This document shows, in pieces, positions 29,936-44,900 of a stretch of DNA of 64,000 nucleotides. The notes under the pieces were generated by a model. The model made no database searches, was not told the DNA's origin, and was given only the letters and a program-made list of their open reading frames with translations. The DNA is from Pelagomonas calceolata. Lineage: Eukaryota. Each line of letters starts with the position of its first letter. Positions within the stretch are counted from its first letter, which is position 1. The stretch is from NCBI GenBank assembly GCA_918797485.1, contig CAKKNE010000004.1, positions 1,550,001 through 1,614,000 on the forward strand, in the 5' to 3' direction. The position numbers and the translations under genes are program-made.

Positions 29936-32900
29936 TCAGTGCATGGTTGAAAGAAGCATGGCAGTGCCACGACACCTACGAATCTCGCACAATTATTTTT
30001 AGCCTTTGAAAGAAAATGACCAGGGGCTCGTCCCTGGACACCGCTTCAAACGTCCAATACTCTGAGCCCTGAGCGCCGCATCTGACTTCACAAGAAATTA
30101 CGAAAGACGGTCGCTCGCGACTTCCTGTTCTTAAGGGATACAAATACAACGGACAAGAGTATATGCCTTTAATCGATTTCTTTTTATTGTCAACTGGCTT
30201 GAAGTGAATTACGGGCATAGAGCAACAAAGCTCCATTGGTATCGGCTCAGTCAAGCAGCTGTTGTCTAAATCCCATCGAGCCCCTTCGAGGAAGAGCCCG
30301 TGACAATATGAACCATCCTTGGCATATTGTGCAATAGACGTAGCTGGGGTGTTTATGATGGGAAACTCCCAGCTCAGAGAGTCTATTGCGATGCCATTTT
30401 TGCGAGCTGAAGTTTGCAAGACAGCGGTCAGAAAACCCGTGGGATAAGTGAAGCCAGGCAGCCAAAAACATCGGGGGAGAGCCTCATTGATCCATTTTTG
30501 TAGGGCACTTATTCGACACACCTATGGCAACATGATACAGCCGAATAACCAATAATTACATTAAAATTAGATTGACACTTTCTTCAGGAGAAGAAGCGGA
30601 GGGATTACGAGATCTCGCATCCAGGGGGTCAACGGTTTTAGGCTTGGATAACACGTTGACCATGCGCGGGGAACCTGTATATATGTCATTCGATAATTCA
30701 AGCGGGCTAACGTGCGATTGACGCTGGTGGAGCGACTTTGAACTCAAGCACAGCTTCTATTATCTCTTCTAGCTCTGGCGTCACAATCACCAGACCCTGA
30801 ACACCTAGTTCCGAGGCCTTCAGTGTCTGATGCAAAGTCAGCAAAAGTATGTTGTATCTATCTACTTCCTGGTATAGCACCTACGCACCACTTGCTTATC
30901 AACAAATAATGTAGGCATGATTTAATTAAGGCTCTGTGGATCCTAAGGGAAATTTTTTGGGTGGCAGTTTTCATGGGTTCAGGGTCTGCCCTCGGCCCCA
31001 TACCCCTTCTCACAGCTGCAGCATCAAAAGATGGAGGCACTTCCTCCTGCATCAGATGGCAAATTCGTAGAATCTTTTGCTCCTTGCTTTCACCCCCAGC
31101 ATCAATTACTTTCGGTTGGAGTGAGACAATCGTGTCAAGTAGCGTACTTGAGTCCTCTATTTGCGACGCGATGTCAGCATTCGCATGCTGACCGAATGCA
31201 AGTGCGTTGTCTAATTGAGGGAATGTTTTTATGGCTAGCTTTGCGCTAGCTAGATCTGCATCATTTGGAATTATGTACGGGCTATCTGACAGTTGCGGCG
31301 CAAGATTGAACTCGGTCTGGGGACTGATAGCCTGCTCACAAAATAGCTGGGTTATGTAAACATTGACAAGTCGTCGATCCATGGCGTCAGTGACGCGACC
31401 ACCATAGTTAGCTTCGGCAATGAGGTACCGCATCGCATCGAACCTGTGTAATAATTTTCTTTGTGTTGAAATGAAAACACGCCCCAGAAATTATTGAAAA
31501 AAAAACACAAGTGCCAAATGGGCAATTCAAGTTCATGGACGGTGTTTCATCTGGATATTCGTCCAAGAAAACAATGACTAGATCATGACAGATACTATAG
31601 TCCGATTCATTGAACTCGTATGGTACGTTGAAGCCTAGGCTTTTGAATTTGCGTCGCTCTAGGAGGAGCGCGTGGAACCAGCATAGCGAAAAGAGCAATC
31701 TTTGATATTTTAAGCGCTGCTGGCATCTTCCGAATTGTTCCTCGCCCACTAGATTGTATAGCTTAAGCATATTGGCTCGAAGCCCACGTGGAGGTTCCGT
31801 GGTCATTTTTATGCCACGCTGTAAGATGGCTATCGGAAATTTAGGACTCGGGCTGGCCGAAAGCCACAGTCTAAAGTCGCAATGTGGTGCGTGTGGCATG
31901 TCTTCGGTCATCGCGCAGTACTCAGCGATTCGTTTTTCCAACTCAGGCATCCAACTGAGCATAAGGTGACTATAACAAAGTTAAGTGCGAATTCGAGGTA
32001 CGAACAACACAAGTCGACGCACCAATTAGCAAGAAATACCCACGAGCCGCTTCGAAGCCCCAGATTCATTAAGCTCATTGCTACCGGCGCTTGTCCCTGC
32101 CCAAGGGCGCATATGTCTACATTTGTGCTAAGATCGTTTGCTAGAGATTTGACCTGTGCTGTTGGGTCTACGCCAGGGGAGAGCACAAATATGAGTGGTG
32201 TTCGATGATTGGATGATTGAAAAATGGCCCTAAGGTCAAACGGGGGCGGATCAGCGAATTGCGGACCCAAGTTTAATCTGACAAAACGACTTGCGCAAAA
32301 TAGTACTCGATCAAGCCGCAGCGCACGAATAATGCAGATTCGCTGCATCTCCGTTACCTTGTTTTCCCAGTCGCCTGATTAGTGTCGATGCCATTATGCC
32401 TCTTGGAAGTTGACTTACCTGGCAAGGGGGTTTCTTCTGGCTCGGACGAAGTAAACCATGCCCGCCAGTCGCGCTGCCCCTGTTCAAATGCTGATGCGAT
32501 GCCCATACAAGCAGGGATGCTATCTAACGCAGTGATATTGTCCCATGCTCCTGCATCTATCCATTCCGGGCAGGGATTAGGCCGTTGATCGGCTCGCTCG
32601 ATCCCTGCTCCGCCGTAACATAGAAAATCAAACTCCTGCTTTGGGACCTTGTTTTCGCTTGTCATGATTCGCAAGCATAGCTGCAACGCAAACAAGAGTT
32701 TGTCTCGCTCAAAAAGGCCACGACAGGTGTACTGATAGACAGAAAGAGTGTGCGCAACATTTATCTGCCTGCATCTTTCAGTACCAGTTATATTTTTTGG
32801 ACTAGTGCGACTTTTGTCCATAGACTGATTAAAGAGATCAACATAGGCATCAAGCGAAAATTGGTACATGGGGTCGACTCTACCCATGTCGTCTAGCACA

Positions 32901-35900
32901 AAATATGCTATGGAGCTTCGGATTGCCGCAGGGCGGAATTCCTCTCGTTTGGCGTCGATCTTAATCTCTGTTTCTTCAGCTTCATTGAGTTGACGAGTTA
33001 CTTCATCAGAAGTCAATTTTGATTGTTGCAATGTGTCTACCAGAGTTTCATTCTCTAGCAGACTGCCCTCTGCCTCAGAGAGGAGCCTTAGAATTTCATC
33101 TTCTAGGTCAACCAGCTTTTGTTTTCCGGCAGCAACGCGCAATGTTAAGTCTGCTTTTTGACGCTCAAGCGTAGGTTGCTCTTTCTGCACAACGATACCG
33201 AGGAGTTGTGCTTCCAAGCCTTGCTGTTTCACCGCAAAATTGATTATTGTCGTCTTTGTGGAGACTTCTGGTGTATAATGACTAAAAAGACATGACGGTT
33301 ACAGGGCGGGGGGGAATTTAAACTTTGCTTTTACGCTGAGTCTGAACGGGTTTGCAAGTTTGGTTGTGATGTACAATTTAAAGTCCTACGAAAAGGAAAT
33401 CGACCCCTTCAAATATCTGCCAAAAATAAAAGCCTCCCTGCAGACACTGAAAGTTTCTTTATTATAATCTAATTCTTTGTCACCCAATCGTAGCACCTCT
33501 CTGTTTCCGACCTTGATCAATGCCTTGGCGAGGACAGGTTCTAAAGCTGGATCGAGCTCCTCTAATACGTCCTGGAGCAGAACCGGTAGTCCATAGACAA
33601 TTCCGTTCTCTATTTTGCGTAGCATATCTTTGGACTTGAGATCCACTATGTGCAACTGCGATTCCTCCATTTTACGCACCCATTTATTTGCCTGGTTTTG
33701 CCTATGATATCAAATTTAGGGTGACAATGCGGCACCAGCAACGAAGGGACACTGCCAAAATTACGGATCAATCATTAACGGCCACCTCGAACAACGAACA
33801 GATATGGCTCCATTTTCGGTGCTGAAGTTGTCTGCTGGAAGCCCCTGAATGTTCCATTGTCGAACATCCGTTGGTAGGGCACAAAACGATGCAAAAGTAA
33901 AATTCTCCGTAGATGGTAGTTGTTGTTCCCTTACAGCCGAAAGCCAGCCACCAACCTAATTGTTGCACTTAAAATGCAGCCAAATTGTAACAAGACACTC
34001 GAGCCCCAGGAAGGATTGCGTTGAACAAGGTTGGAGCGGTATTGGGTGTCAAAGGGGCCGGCGTAGGACAGAAATGCTGCGGCAACAAGCGCATCCCCGA
34101 GAGACCGACCAATTTCATTTTGCAGCTGACCAATGCTGGCTCGCCACCTCTCGTTTTCGCCTGCCAAGCCTTTCACGAGCTTATCAGCACGATCTAGTAA
34201 CAATTCCATCTGATCTGCTTCGGCGCGAAGACGGTTTTTTTCACCCACTGAGTCATCATATTTCTGCTTCAGTCGATTGACTTTAGCGGTGACTTCCGCG
34301 AGCTCCTCCTGTGCTTTTTGCAACGAAGCTTGCTTTACCGCCAGGGATTCTTGAGCACCTTTTAATCTTGCCCTTTTTGGAGCGACCTCTTTTGCAACAC
34401 TGGCGTAGATGTAGATTGCGTGTACCCAAGTGCAAAGAGCCCCCGCAGCCTTGGAAACTGCACCCACTGCTTCTGGCTTAAAGTCCGCATGAGAAACATA
34501 CCCCTTAATTTTTTTCATGATTGTTGCACTAACATTGTCCTTGTCGTAGCCTTTAATGCTCTGCAGGAAATTGGCTTCACCAAGGACTTTCTTGGCAGTG
34601 GTCCAATCAGTCTTATTTCCGAAGAGTATCATCACTGCGGCAAGCACCGTCTCCACTTGTTTTGGCGGGCTCTTGTATGCTTTAATCTCAGAAATGGCGC
34701 TTTTATCAAGCTTCTCAACTTCAGCCATGGCCTTTTGTAGCGCTGGCAAAGCGACATTTAGTTCGGCCTCAGCATCATCTGCTATTGCCTTACACTCAAT
34801 TTCCTCCTTACCTGTAAATTTGACCATCTGCACTAGTGCCATTGGGCAGAGCACCAAAGTATACTCTGGACACTGTCGAGAAGCCTATTCGCTCGGAGTC
34901 TCCTTCTACTTGCTTGCGCTGCTCGTCAGCAACGCGGCGCTCCGACACAATCTCGACTAGGAGATTCTCGCAGTCTTTTTGTGACTGGGCACACACAACT
35001 TTTTTTTTCTCCAATTCCACCGACATGACTTCAACGCCATCGCGTGCCTCAACTAATTTGGCCAGGCCGTTGGCCAATTTATCTCTACCATTGCCGAGTT
35101 CTGTGCGTTTCTCTGTCAGGATTACGCGATAGCCCTTTGAAAGCTCAAGGAAATGTGTTGGGGTAATGTAGTTATGACGCTTGAGTTGCTGAAGCATTTT
35201 GTCAGAAAAGTCTTGTGCACTCAAGTGAATTACAGAGAATACGCTGGAAATTTTTGCCCGAGTGTCATCAGAGTCAAGAGTCAAATTGTCAAGAAACGCC
35301 GAGCCAACCGCAGTGAGTGCGTCTGCGGGCCAGCGGTGAAACCAATCGATGGTAGTGCTGTTAATTAGGCCTGGATAAAAGCGACATCGGGTGTGAAATG
35401 CGGATCCAACTGGGGACCTGTGGACACGACAGAGTATGAGTCATCAGAGTCTAGTTTCACTACGGGCGCAGGGGTGGGGACATGGCTAGGATTACATGTA
35501 AATTCGAGCGAATTGAGTCAACGAAGAAGGCCCAAAGTTCTTCCGCAGTTCCGCCCGACTCTGCATCAGCTGCTCGTTTTCGTACGCCATCGTAAATGGC
35601 TGGTAACTCATCCTTACCATACAGGCTAGGTATTTCGCCCGAACTAAGAATATTGTTGATATCCTCCAAAAATGCTTGCTCTTTCAACTGGGTGTCGTTG
35701 AAGAGAAAGGCAGTGGGCGTGTTTGATACGCCAGTAATTTCAAAAAGACGTTTCATGTCATCACGCCACTCAATCAAGCGATACTGTTTCGTAATCTCGA
35801 TCACAAAAACGCCAATTCCAGCAATATGAGATGCGAGACGAGCCAATGATTGGCGTCCAGATCCCCCGACACCAACCAACATTGCGTTGCCCCTAGGCAT

Positions 35901-38900
35901 CATTAGGATACCTGCGACACCAAGACCGTGGTAAAGAAAGGCGACGTCTTGAATAAATTTTGGCCATATAATGACGCCGCTGTGCCGTCGAGGCATCGCC
36001 TTCAACACGGTGAATTCTGCAAATGTGTCGAATAGCGTCTTTGAAAAGCACGAGATTCATGTTTATCAGTTTTGGCTCAAGATTATAATCCTCCAGTTTG
36101 TCTTCGCAGCATTGCTTGAGTTGCGAATAATCGGCGACTTCTTCATAAGGCAGAATTTCCGTTGTCTCGCTCATAAAACTGCAAAAAATCGGACCATAGC
36201 GTTCGTCATCGATATCCTCCATAACTTCAGCCCATTCGGCACCCTCAAAGTGGTCCCGCATCACCTGGCTCATGGCTTCGATGAACTTTCCAATGTCGTC
36301 TGCTGAATCTTTGAGAAATCTATCAGCGAAAACACGCATGCACTCGTGAGTCCACAATCGTATCATGGACTTTGAAGTATCAAAGTACTGTCTTTCGGCT
36401 TGGAGTGTTCCCTGAATGACCTTTGCGACGTCGCCTAAGGTATCAAAAATGAAGTTTGTTGCCCGACTGGCGTTTTTGGACAGAGACTACATCACGCAAA
36501 TTGAACCTATGATATGCAAAAATCAAACTTTCATCTGGTAAGCGCAACGCTGCGAAGTCACAAATAGTGGCTCTTGTCCGGAGTTGGAAGGAATCGTTCG
36601 GTGACGTTGCGGTACAGCCCAATGGTTGCTCGAGCTAGAGACCGACTCATTGGCTTGATTTCATTGTCAAACTCCTGAAGCTTTGGCATCATGATAGATT
36701 CAAATATCCGCGTGAGCTGTGAGTCTTCAGGTGTTGTGATGTTTACAAGATGGAAACGTGCTTGTGTACGATTGCAGATGACCGCTCGTCCCCCAGATGG
36801 TGGCGCCATAGCTGCTACTAGCTGACTGTCTAGAATGTATTTCCAGGCGCATTTAGAGCGGTCGTACCAGCCGCCATAGTCCATCCAGAGCCGCAGCAAC
36901 TCGAGGGGTGGTTGGAACGGAGACTCGGCTGAGGTTTTCTGCGGCATGTTGAAGTCGTCGACCTATTAGCAACAGAAAGTCCTCCAAGACGGACACGTGC
37001 CCCCCAGAACATGTGTAAGTTTGATAAATACTCAACAATTTCTGTCTGTGACGAGTTGGCACTGTCTCGCGCAAAAATGAGTAACTCCTTGCCACCCAAT
37101 GGCCCGAGCTTGTCTTTGGAGCGTTTCTCCATGACACTTTCTACAATATCTTGGAGAGCACTTGATTTAGTTGTAGCAGAAAAATTTATTACAAGCTTAC
37201 TATTTTTTGCGGGCAAATTCGTCATGAGGCCCATCACCTGAACTGTTTTACCCACGCCAGTATTGCCCACAACAAGCAAATTGTGTTTGGATGAAACAAT
37301 GGTCCTGAAGATGAATGAGTTTCGCAGGCTATCTGACGTTGGCACTATCATTTTGAAAAAAGAATCCCCTTTGCGTGGACGCCAGGTTGTCAACCCACTT
37401 TCCCATTGCTCAAAATCCTTTTTTTGGGGATCACAGAAATAATCATATATGGTACGGGAAGGCGGAAATTGTGCTTCAAGATCGCGGAGGTATATATCGA
37501 GCTTCTTGCGTCCCGTCTCGTCCACGGCGGCCGTAATAGACCACGTGAGCGCAAAAAGAAACCACCTCTCCGCCATTTGACCGTACGCTTGTATGTCTGC
37601 GGACGCATCTAGCCCGTTCTCTTTGGTGTGCAACGCTTCGTAAAGCTGGGTGAAAGAGAGAATAGCATTGAAATCAGAAATGGGGACGGGCTCAACGCAA
37701 CTCGACGCCTTGTATTCGAGAATTTTGGAAACATATTTTCCAAGAAGATTTTGGTGCAGCTTTTGCACCTCGGGCTGGGTCCCAAAAAGACGTTCAAGCC
37801 ACGACTCGAGGAATGGTTTAAAGCCCATTTCGCTTTGATCCAGAAATATCATGCCAGCACGCGAGACAGTGGCTGGAGATGCGACCCTTAGATCTTCAAC
37901 CTCGAATAACAAACTCATCGACGAAGTGAGAGGAATTCTGTCCCCGTTAATCAGGGTCAGGATCTTATTGTCGTCCATGACACTGTTCATCGATTCAATC
38001 CACATGGCATCGACTGGCCCATCTATGACGGCAATTAGCCAAAGCAAAAAAGAAAAAACTTACCAAACATTACCCATTTCTCGTCATTTTTATCTGACTC
38101 CGCGCACGACTTGAATATAGTAGATAATATTCCATCAGCCCACTCAAAAGTGGTGAGGTCATATGCTCCATACAGTTCCGTAAGTGTTATTGCTTTAGGA
38201 TTTATGACAAAGGAAGTTACCGGCAAATAGCCCGTGACGTTTTCCTTGGCAAGCGCCGTCTTGGCTTTTGCCAATGTTTTCCAAGCGGTACTTTTCCCTG
38301 AGAGTGTCGCACCAACAAGCATGTTACAGTGTCTCGTAAGCTTCGAGTCGTAAAGTTGCCCAATTTTGAATACAAGGAAAGGGTGCATCTGCAAACCAGC
38401 GGATTTTAATTCTGATTCGAGTGCAGCGTTGAGATTTCCAATCTCTGTGACCGGCAGTTCAAGGGAAGGGAAAAGATCGCCGAGAAGTAAGCGAAAGAGA
38501 CGTTCATCGTCCTTGATAAATTTTGGCAGGTTCATGTCGCGCAAAGCGCGCATGAGAATTGCCTCCTCATTTGTCGATGGATCTGCGCGCTTGATAGAAC
38601 CTGCCATGTTCAACACGGCTTTTAGGTTCCTCAATCCATAGTCATAGTGGTCCTGTTTGCTGAGCTGCTGTTGCATGAGAGAATAGAGCGTTATCGTTTT
38701 TTTTGATAGATTGCGGGCATCTGTGAAGCCTTCTGCACTCAGCATCACCTCCGCTATCATTGCTAAGTCTGGTACCATCATTGCCACCGGGCGCATCAAC
38801 GCTTTCAGATTATCAGGTAGCTCGGTGCGTCCTGCGTATCCCGGATTCATGGTTATAAAGAGGCCACAATTTCCATCGCAGCGGATAGTCGATCCCATAA

Positions 38901-41900
38901 AATCAAATGTCTCTGCGTCTCGGGACAATGCGTCTACGATCGAAAGTACTTGCATTGCGACAACCGAAATCACCTCAATTTTTATTCTGTTGAACCTGAT
39001 GAATACCCCATTGAGGCTGCGACTGCATCTCGACGACGACGCCCCCCCCCCCCCCCCTCTCTGCAAAACACGTTGACCAAAAGGCCAAACTGAAAGATGA
39101 GTAAAACCACAAAGATATATATTAAAGGCACCTTGAACTATTCTTTCTACTCGCGGCTGACTCGTCGAAGCACCCCCAAGCCCCAGCCTGGCATAAGCCA
39201 GAAAATATACGACCGACCGACTTAAAGTCCATGCCTGCGTGTCAGTAAGGCAAGTATATACAAACACGTCATTATTTGAGCCCCAATACGCCTTTTGTAT
39301 TGACTCTGGCTCCCTGCCGTCGCTGCAATTGATTACAACACAATACATGGCGAGGTTCTTGCTTAGATCCTTTACGGTCTCCGTCTTCCCTGTGCCCGCG
39401 GGACCGAGAGGGTTGCCTCCTCGATTCAGAAATTTGGCTGTGAGTAGGGTCAGGACACATCGGTCTGTGAGCGGAGTGACAACCAGACGACCATTGTTTC
39501 CTTGATACTCGTAGCCATAATCCAGATTACAGTTTGTCTGGCGCACAGTACAGATACCGCCAAACTGGCCTTCTTCCTTGTTGAACAGAAATCGAAGCTG
39601 ACATAGCCAGTCAAAGTCAGTGACTGATGAGCATCCAGCCTTAATCATACGCTCCATGACATCGCGATTGTGAATTTCCATGGTAATAAGTGCAACAAGC
39701 TTAGTACGGACCAACCTCGGGAGTTGGCCGCGAATCATGTCGGTAAGTCGGGTCAAATAGGCTACCTGCTTTTTCTTGAGTTGTCTCAGTGCGTTTTTTT
39801 TTCCATTCGAGATGCTGCCCAGTGCCTTTGAACAATCATTGGTCCACTGAATCGAGCCCGTGGTTATGAGCAACTGCCCTTGCACGTCCGTGATCCATTT
39901 TTCCTTGTCTTTGCCACGGTGAGCTTGGATTGAAACAGCCAATAGCTGTTGCATTGACTTTTTCATTGCATGCTCAAGTTCGACGAGCCAATTTTCGACT
40001 GCGCCGTCTAAAACGACATTCGAGACAAACGCTGCGGTTTCCCCCGTTGACGTTTCTCGCATCCCAGTCGCCTAAAGACAAACTTGCTGCATACCTATAA
40101 AACCTAATAAAAAAAGGCTTACTTCAAAGTTACGATTGAGCTGCTTTCCAGGGGGGATGATGTCCATCACCTTGAAGCCTTCAAAGCATTTTTTGATATG
40201 TTTCTGGACCAGAAGTGGCTCACGGCTTTGGCCGAGGATTTCCAAGAGGTCGTCATCTGAAACCTGCAAAATTTGCTGAATTGGCAGAGTTTAATAATAC
40301 TTGAATGATCAAGACTAGGTGGACGTGCAAAATAAAACCTAAAAATCGAACCCGCATGTTACAGTATACTTCACACGACGAAAGGCACACTCTCGGGCAA
40401 GCTCCGCCATGCCGTGTGGTGTTGCACCAAAGTCATGTTTCCAACACTGCCACGCGACCTTGGGAATACGTCCCTTTTTGTCTCGAGGTACCTATGTTGC
40501 AATAAGCATCGAGAATCGGCTACTCATCTGATGAGTAAAGGACTCAGTTCCCTTGGGTGAGAAAAGGGTAAGTAGGGAACGAGTCAAGCGACTTTTGGAT
40601 GGTTTCGAGCTTATCATCCATGCAAGTGACCGTCTCGAGCATGCCAGTGGCAGTGCATTGAATGACAGCATTAGGCTGTTCAGCTGCATTTGACATTACG
40701 TGACCAAACGTCGCGTTAACCTCGATGAACAATGATGATTCTTTTGGTAGTTGTTTGCAGATGTCTTCGGAGGCCATGAAAATTGACTCGAGATATATCC
40801 ATTTTCGTTGAACAGTGAGAATCAATTCTATAACCTCAGACACGAGCGCAAGCGCCCCTTCCCATTTGTCGATCCGGGACTTGAATGATCCATAAAATTT
40901 AGACGCTTTCATCGTAGACAGGGCGACGGCATCATCTTCCAATACTTGGAATAGATCATCAGTGCTACGAATTTTGAAGTACTCCTCCTTGTAAGCACTG
41001 ATGTCTATGTCAATCTCCCCCCACCGTGTTTCAATCTCTTTGAGAGTCTCTTCGATTGCAAGCTCTTTATTTGCGTTCGCGCTAAGCTCGGAGATAAGAT
41101 CAGGCACTGCACTCAGTCCAATAGAAAACACAGTTTCCAAAGTAAACTCTGCGCTCGTTTCGTCAAAGTTGCGTCGTAGGTCTCGCTTTAATGCGTCCCA
41201 GTGGCGTGATCGCATTGCAGGGTTCCTGAGATCCTGGATAAGAGGCATGGTCTGGAGGAACTCGGTCAGCTTTGTGCGCATCGCCTCCCAGATTCCCCAG
41301 CGCTTTACATCGCGACCAAGCTTACCCACTTTCTTATTGAATTGTCCTGCTACTGTTTCCATCTCGCTGATATCGAGTTCATCAAAGCGGCCAGTCTTCC
41401 AGTTGTCAAAAGCCCGAGTCCAATCGCGCACCAGGATCCAAATTTGATTAGCAAGTTCCAGATCCCGTTCTGTGTCCTTTAACTCTCTGTGCTCAGGGGA
41501 TTCCATATTGAAAATATCAAGCCCTGCTTGAAGGTCATGCTTCCGCAGGTAGACTGCTTCAACACGGTGTCTAAAGTCGTGTATCACAGCAAAAGCCTCG
41601 TCTGGGGTCAACTCCTGGGACGTTGGAATTTCGATAAGGACTTGTTCTCGCAACTGCAGCACTTGCTGGCAGTAGGCTTCAAGGTTGCTTTCAAGATCTC
41701 GCCTCATGTTGACCTTGGCTTTGTCTAGTGCATGCTGTGCCTTGTCAAGCATGGACAAGAACTCCTTCCAAGCGGGCCGAAGTTCCTGCAGCTTGACAAT
41801 CTCGTTAGAGGCAACTTGAACATCAAACTTAGTCAGGGTTGCATACCTGAGTTGGAAACGACTTAAGCTCTTTTTGCATGTATTGGACAAGGCAATCTTC

Positions 41901-44900
41901 AAGGAAAGATAGAAAGCAGCTACATTTCTTCAATCGGAAGGATTTTTGTCTCAATCACTTGGCTATTGCTGCGAAAATCTAGCAGGATCCTTAGCTTATC
42001 AGAAAGCTCGTTCAGATCAGACGGTGTTGCGCACAGGGTGCGCGTGTTGTCAGCAAAAAGGTTATGGAGATACTCGAGCCCTTGAGAGGCATTTTTGTTG
42101 AGCAATCCAAGCAGATTCCTTCGCCATTGCTGACAGTGTGAGATCAATTGTTCCTTCAAAAGGGCACAGTCAAGTTGTACGAAGTTTACTACGTGGGATA
42201 TATCTTCGTGTTCAATCTTGGTTTGCTGGTTTCTGTATTTGGTGACATCATCGTCGTAGTGTTTTAGACTCCTGTTTGCCTTCGCATAGCGACGAATGTA
42301 TGCCTCTTTGTCCATTTCCCACAGTGTTTTGTACCTTTCCCAGTAGCTGCGACGGAAAATTGAGTCACATACAATAACAAATAATCGCTCAAGGTGAATC
42401 TCTTAGTATTGATCGACACCGGATATAAGACCCTAGGTGCCTTTGAAGTTCAGTGGCAGCCAAGGACATTCCATTCATGATTTGAACAACTATTTTAAGC
42501 ATGTCTTCATCATTTGAAATGGTAGAGTAAAACGACCGATGGCGTTTGGTCAGAGCACTACAGTCACTTCTGTCATTAGCAACAGAAGACTGCTTCACTG
42601 TCTCAGGCGAAAGGATGTCGCAAAGCCGCGGAACTACAGCAATAGTAGAAATGAGCTCTTTGGCGACTATGTTAACAAGATGGGTCAAGCTTATCATGGT
42701 TGGTTTGTAGTCAATGCGACCATTTTCGAGCACTAATTTGAGACAAAATAGAGTCTGCGGTTCTGACATGGCATCACCATTGATAGCACGACTGAGCGCT
42801 TGAAGACTCCTCTTGACCGCCTGTCTCAAGGCTGCTTCGACCTGGCTGTCTATTTCCTTGACAAACTCGCGCCACTCACGTAGCACTTCTGAGGTGCCAT
42901 CACAGAAATTCGTGAATATTGCACGCAGTTCCAATTGGGTAATCTCATGACTTTGTTGCAAGCGTCGTTTCATTTCGGTCCTGCGAGCAGCTTGCGTTGC
43001 CTCAAAAATGTCATGAGCATAAGTAACATTCTTGTCTATTTGCAAAAGGAGCATGGAGGATGCAAGCCGGCACTGATGCGATATTCTTTGCTTTCCTTCC
43101 TTAAAACGACGCACGATTGCATATATTTCAGCGCAATGAGCACAACAATCGTTGACATAGTGCTCAATAATACCCTTGCTCACCCAAGTCAATTTCTGTA
43201 GCCCCTGATTAATGCGTTTATCGAGTTTGCGGATGTGATCTGAAAACAAGCGACGTTCTACAGCACTTAGATCACACAGGATCTTGTTATAAGCATCTAC
43301 AATCCGCATTACATGTTCACGCATTGCATTAAACTTTGCTTTTTGATTATAGAGATCATGGGCGTGGTATGGAATTGAAAACTCACCGTGAAACTTTTCC
43401 CAGTATTGCACCTCCGTGAACAGAGCAAGCAAATCCTGGTCAAAGTTGCACTGTAGAAAGACTCCTTTGACATTAAAAGTAGAGACTGCGAGAAATTCTC
43501 TTTCTGTGGTGTCCGTGTGGTTAGTTCTTTTCATCAGGGGCTTGTCAAGTTTTGCTTGCAATGTTGAAGAGTCCAGTGCCCCCATAGAACCAACCCAGTT
43601 CTTGTAACAACCAGCCATATACTCGTCCACTACGCCCATCAATGCCTTGTAGGCGATTTCTGCTTCTTTAGTTTCGCTTGTAGGCATGAAATACCTGAGA
43701 AAGCCAAATTTCAAATATAACTGGGCGCTATAAAAGTCACAGGCAGCACGTTGCGGCTTGGAGGAGAGACCACGAGTGTTCTACGTTTTGTGCCAGAGCC
43801 GTAGCCCATAGGGCAGATCCTGCCCAGCGCGGCTCATCGTTGCGCAGAGGTGGTGCTCTGCGATTTTCATCAAATTCACGGCGAACCTCTTCTACATCAT
43901 GAATAAAAAGAAGATACAAATCGCTGTTTTTTTTTTCCACGCAGCGCTTAATTGCATCTCGCTTGGCAAGTGATTGGAAAATTTGGAGTACTCCAACTGC
44001 CTCAGCCATACAATTGACTCCTTCAAATGACGCGCTTATCATGTTCGTGTACATGACTTCAAGGTCCTTGACCGAGTTCTTGAAGATGTTAAAGTCTTCG
44101 TGCCAATGGCTAAGTCTTACGTCAAGAATCTGGTACTTGAGGTCACATAAACGGCTTATCTGATTATCAAATTGGTTCTGAATTGCGACGAGCGACTTAG
44201 TAACTTCCTGACCACGCAAGCCCTTAAAAAACGAAACAGAGTTATCCCCCGCCGTGGTGTATGACTTGCGCCGAAACTGAATCTGACCCTCGCAGACTTC
44301 TAAAAGGTCACGGCATCTCTGGACAAAGGCATCAGTTTGTGCAAAAATAGACGTTGCATCAAACGTCCAGTGCAGCTCCGGCGAGCTTGGATAGGCAAGA
44401 CGAATGGCGGCGGCAGTGCGATAGTACAGGCATTTCCACAGAACACCACACTGAATCGACTCTTTTAGCGCAACCTGAGGACAGCATCGTGATGTAAAAA
44501 ATGCAACGGTCGGAGGGACACCGTCAGTAGAACCATAGAAGCCTTAATGTTAATGCTGTCCGCATACAAGATATCACTCAGTGATACTCGTGTGCGGCAA
44601 CGGGAAATTATTTCATGTGAAATTTTGCGTAGCAAACTGGCAAGACGCTCAGGATACTTGTTGTTATAATAACCTATCAGCATCAATAAATGAGGAACTT
44701 AGGTTCCAATACGTAAAGCAGTTGACAGAGAGGTAGATACCAGACAAGGTCCATATCATGCGAATGTGCCCGAGAAGCTCAGGAAGAATGCAGCATATGC
44801 CTAACAAAAAGATCGCCCAAACGACAAGAAGGCTCGCCACTTACGAGCGGGATCAGCGCTTGCAAGGATCTTGCAAGACGTGACAAGGTTCTTGAGAAAG

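Noticed and set aside
36688..36695. ATCATGAT octamer inside dynein coding sequence as a 2-aa footprint insertion
   Set aside because: [20 protein letters not shown] appears to be the usual length for this dynein segment, so a chance match is more likely.
39042..39057. Poly-C run translated as GGGGG in the 675-aa dynein ORF
   Set aside because: It sits in an intron between WGCFDE and FNRI; the ORF merely reads through the intron.
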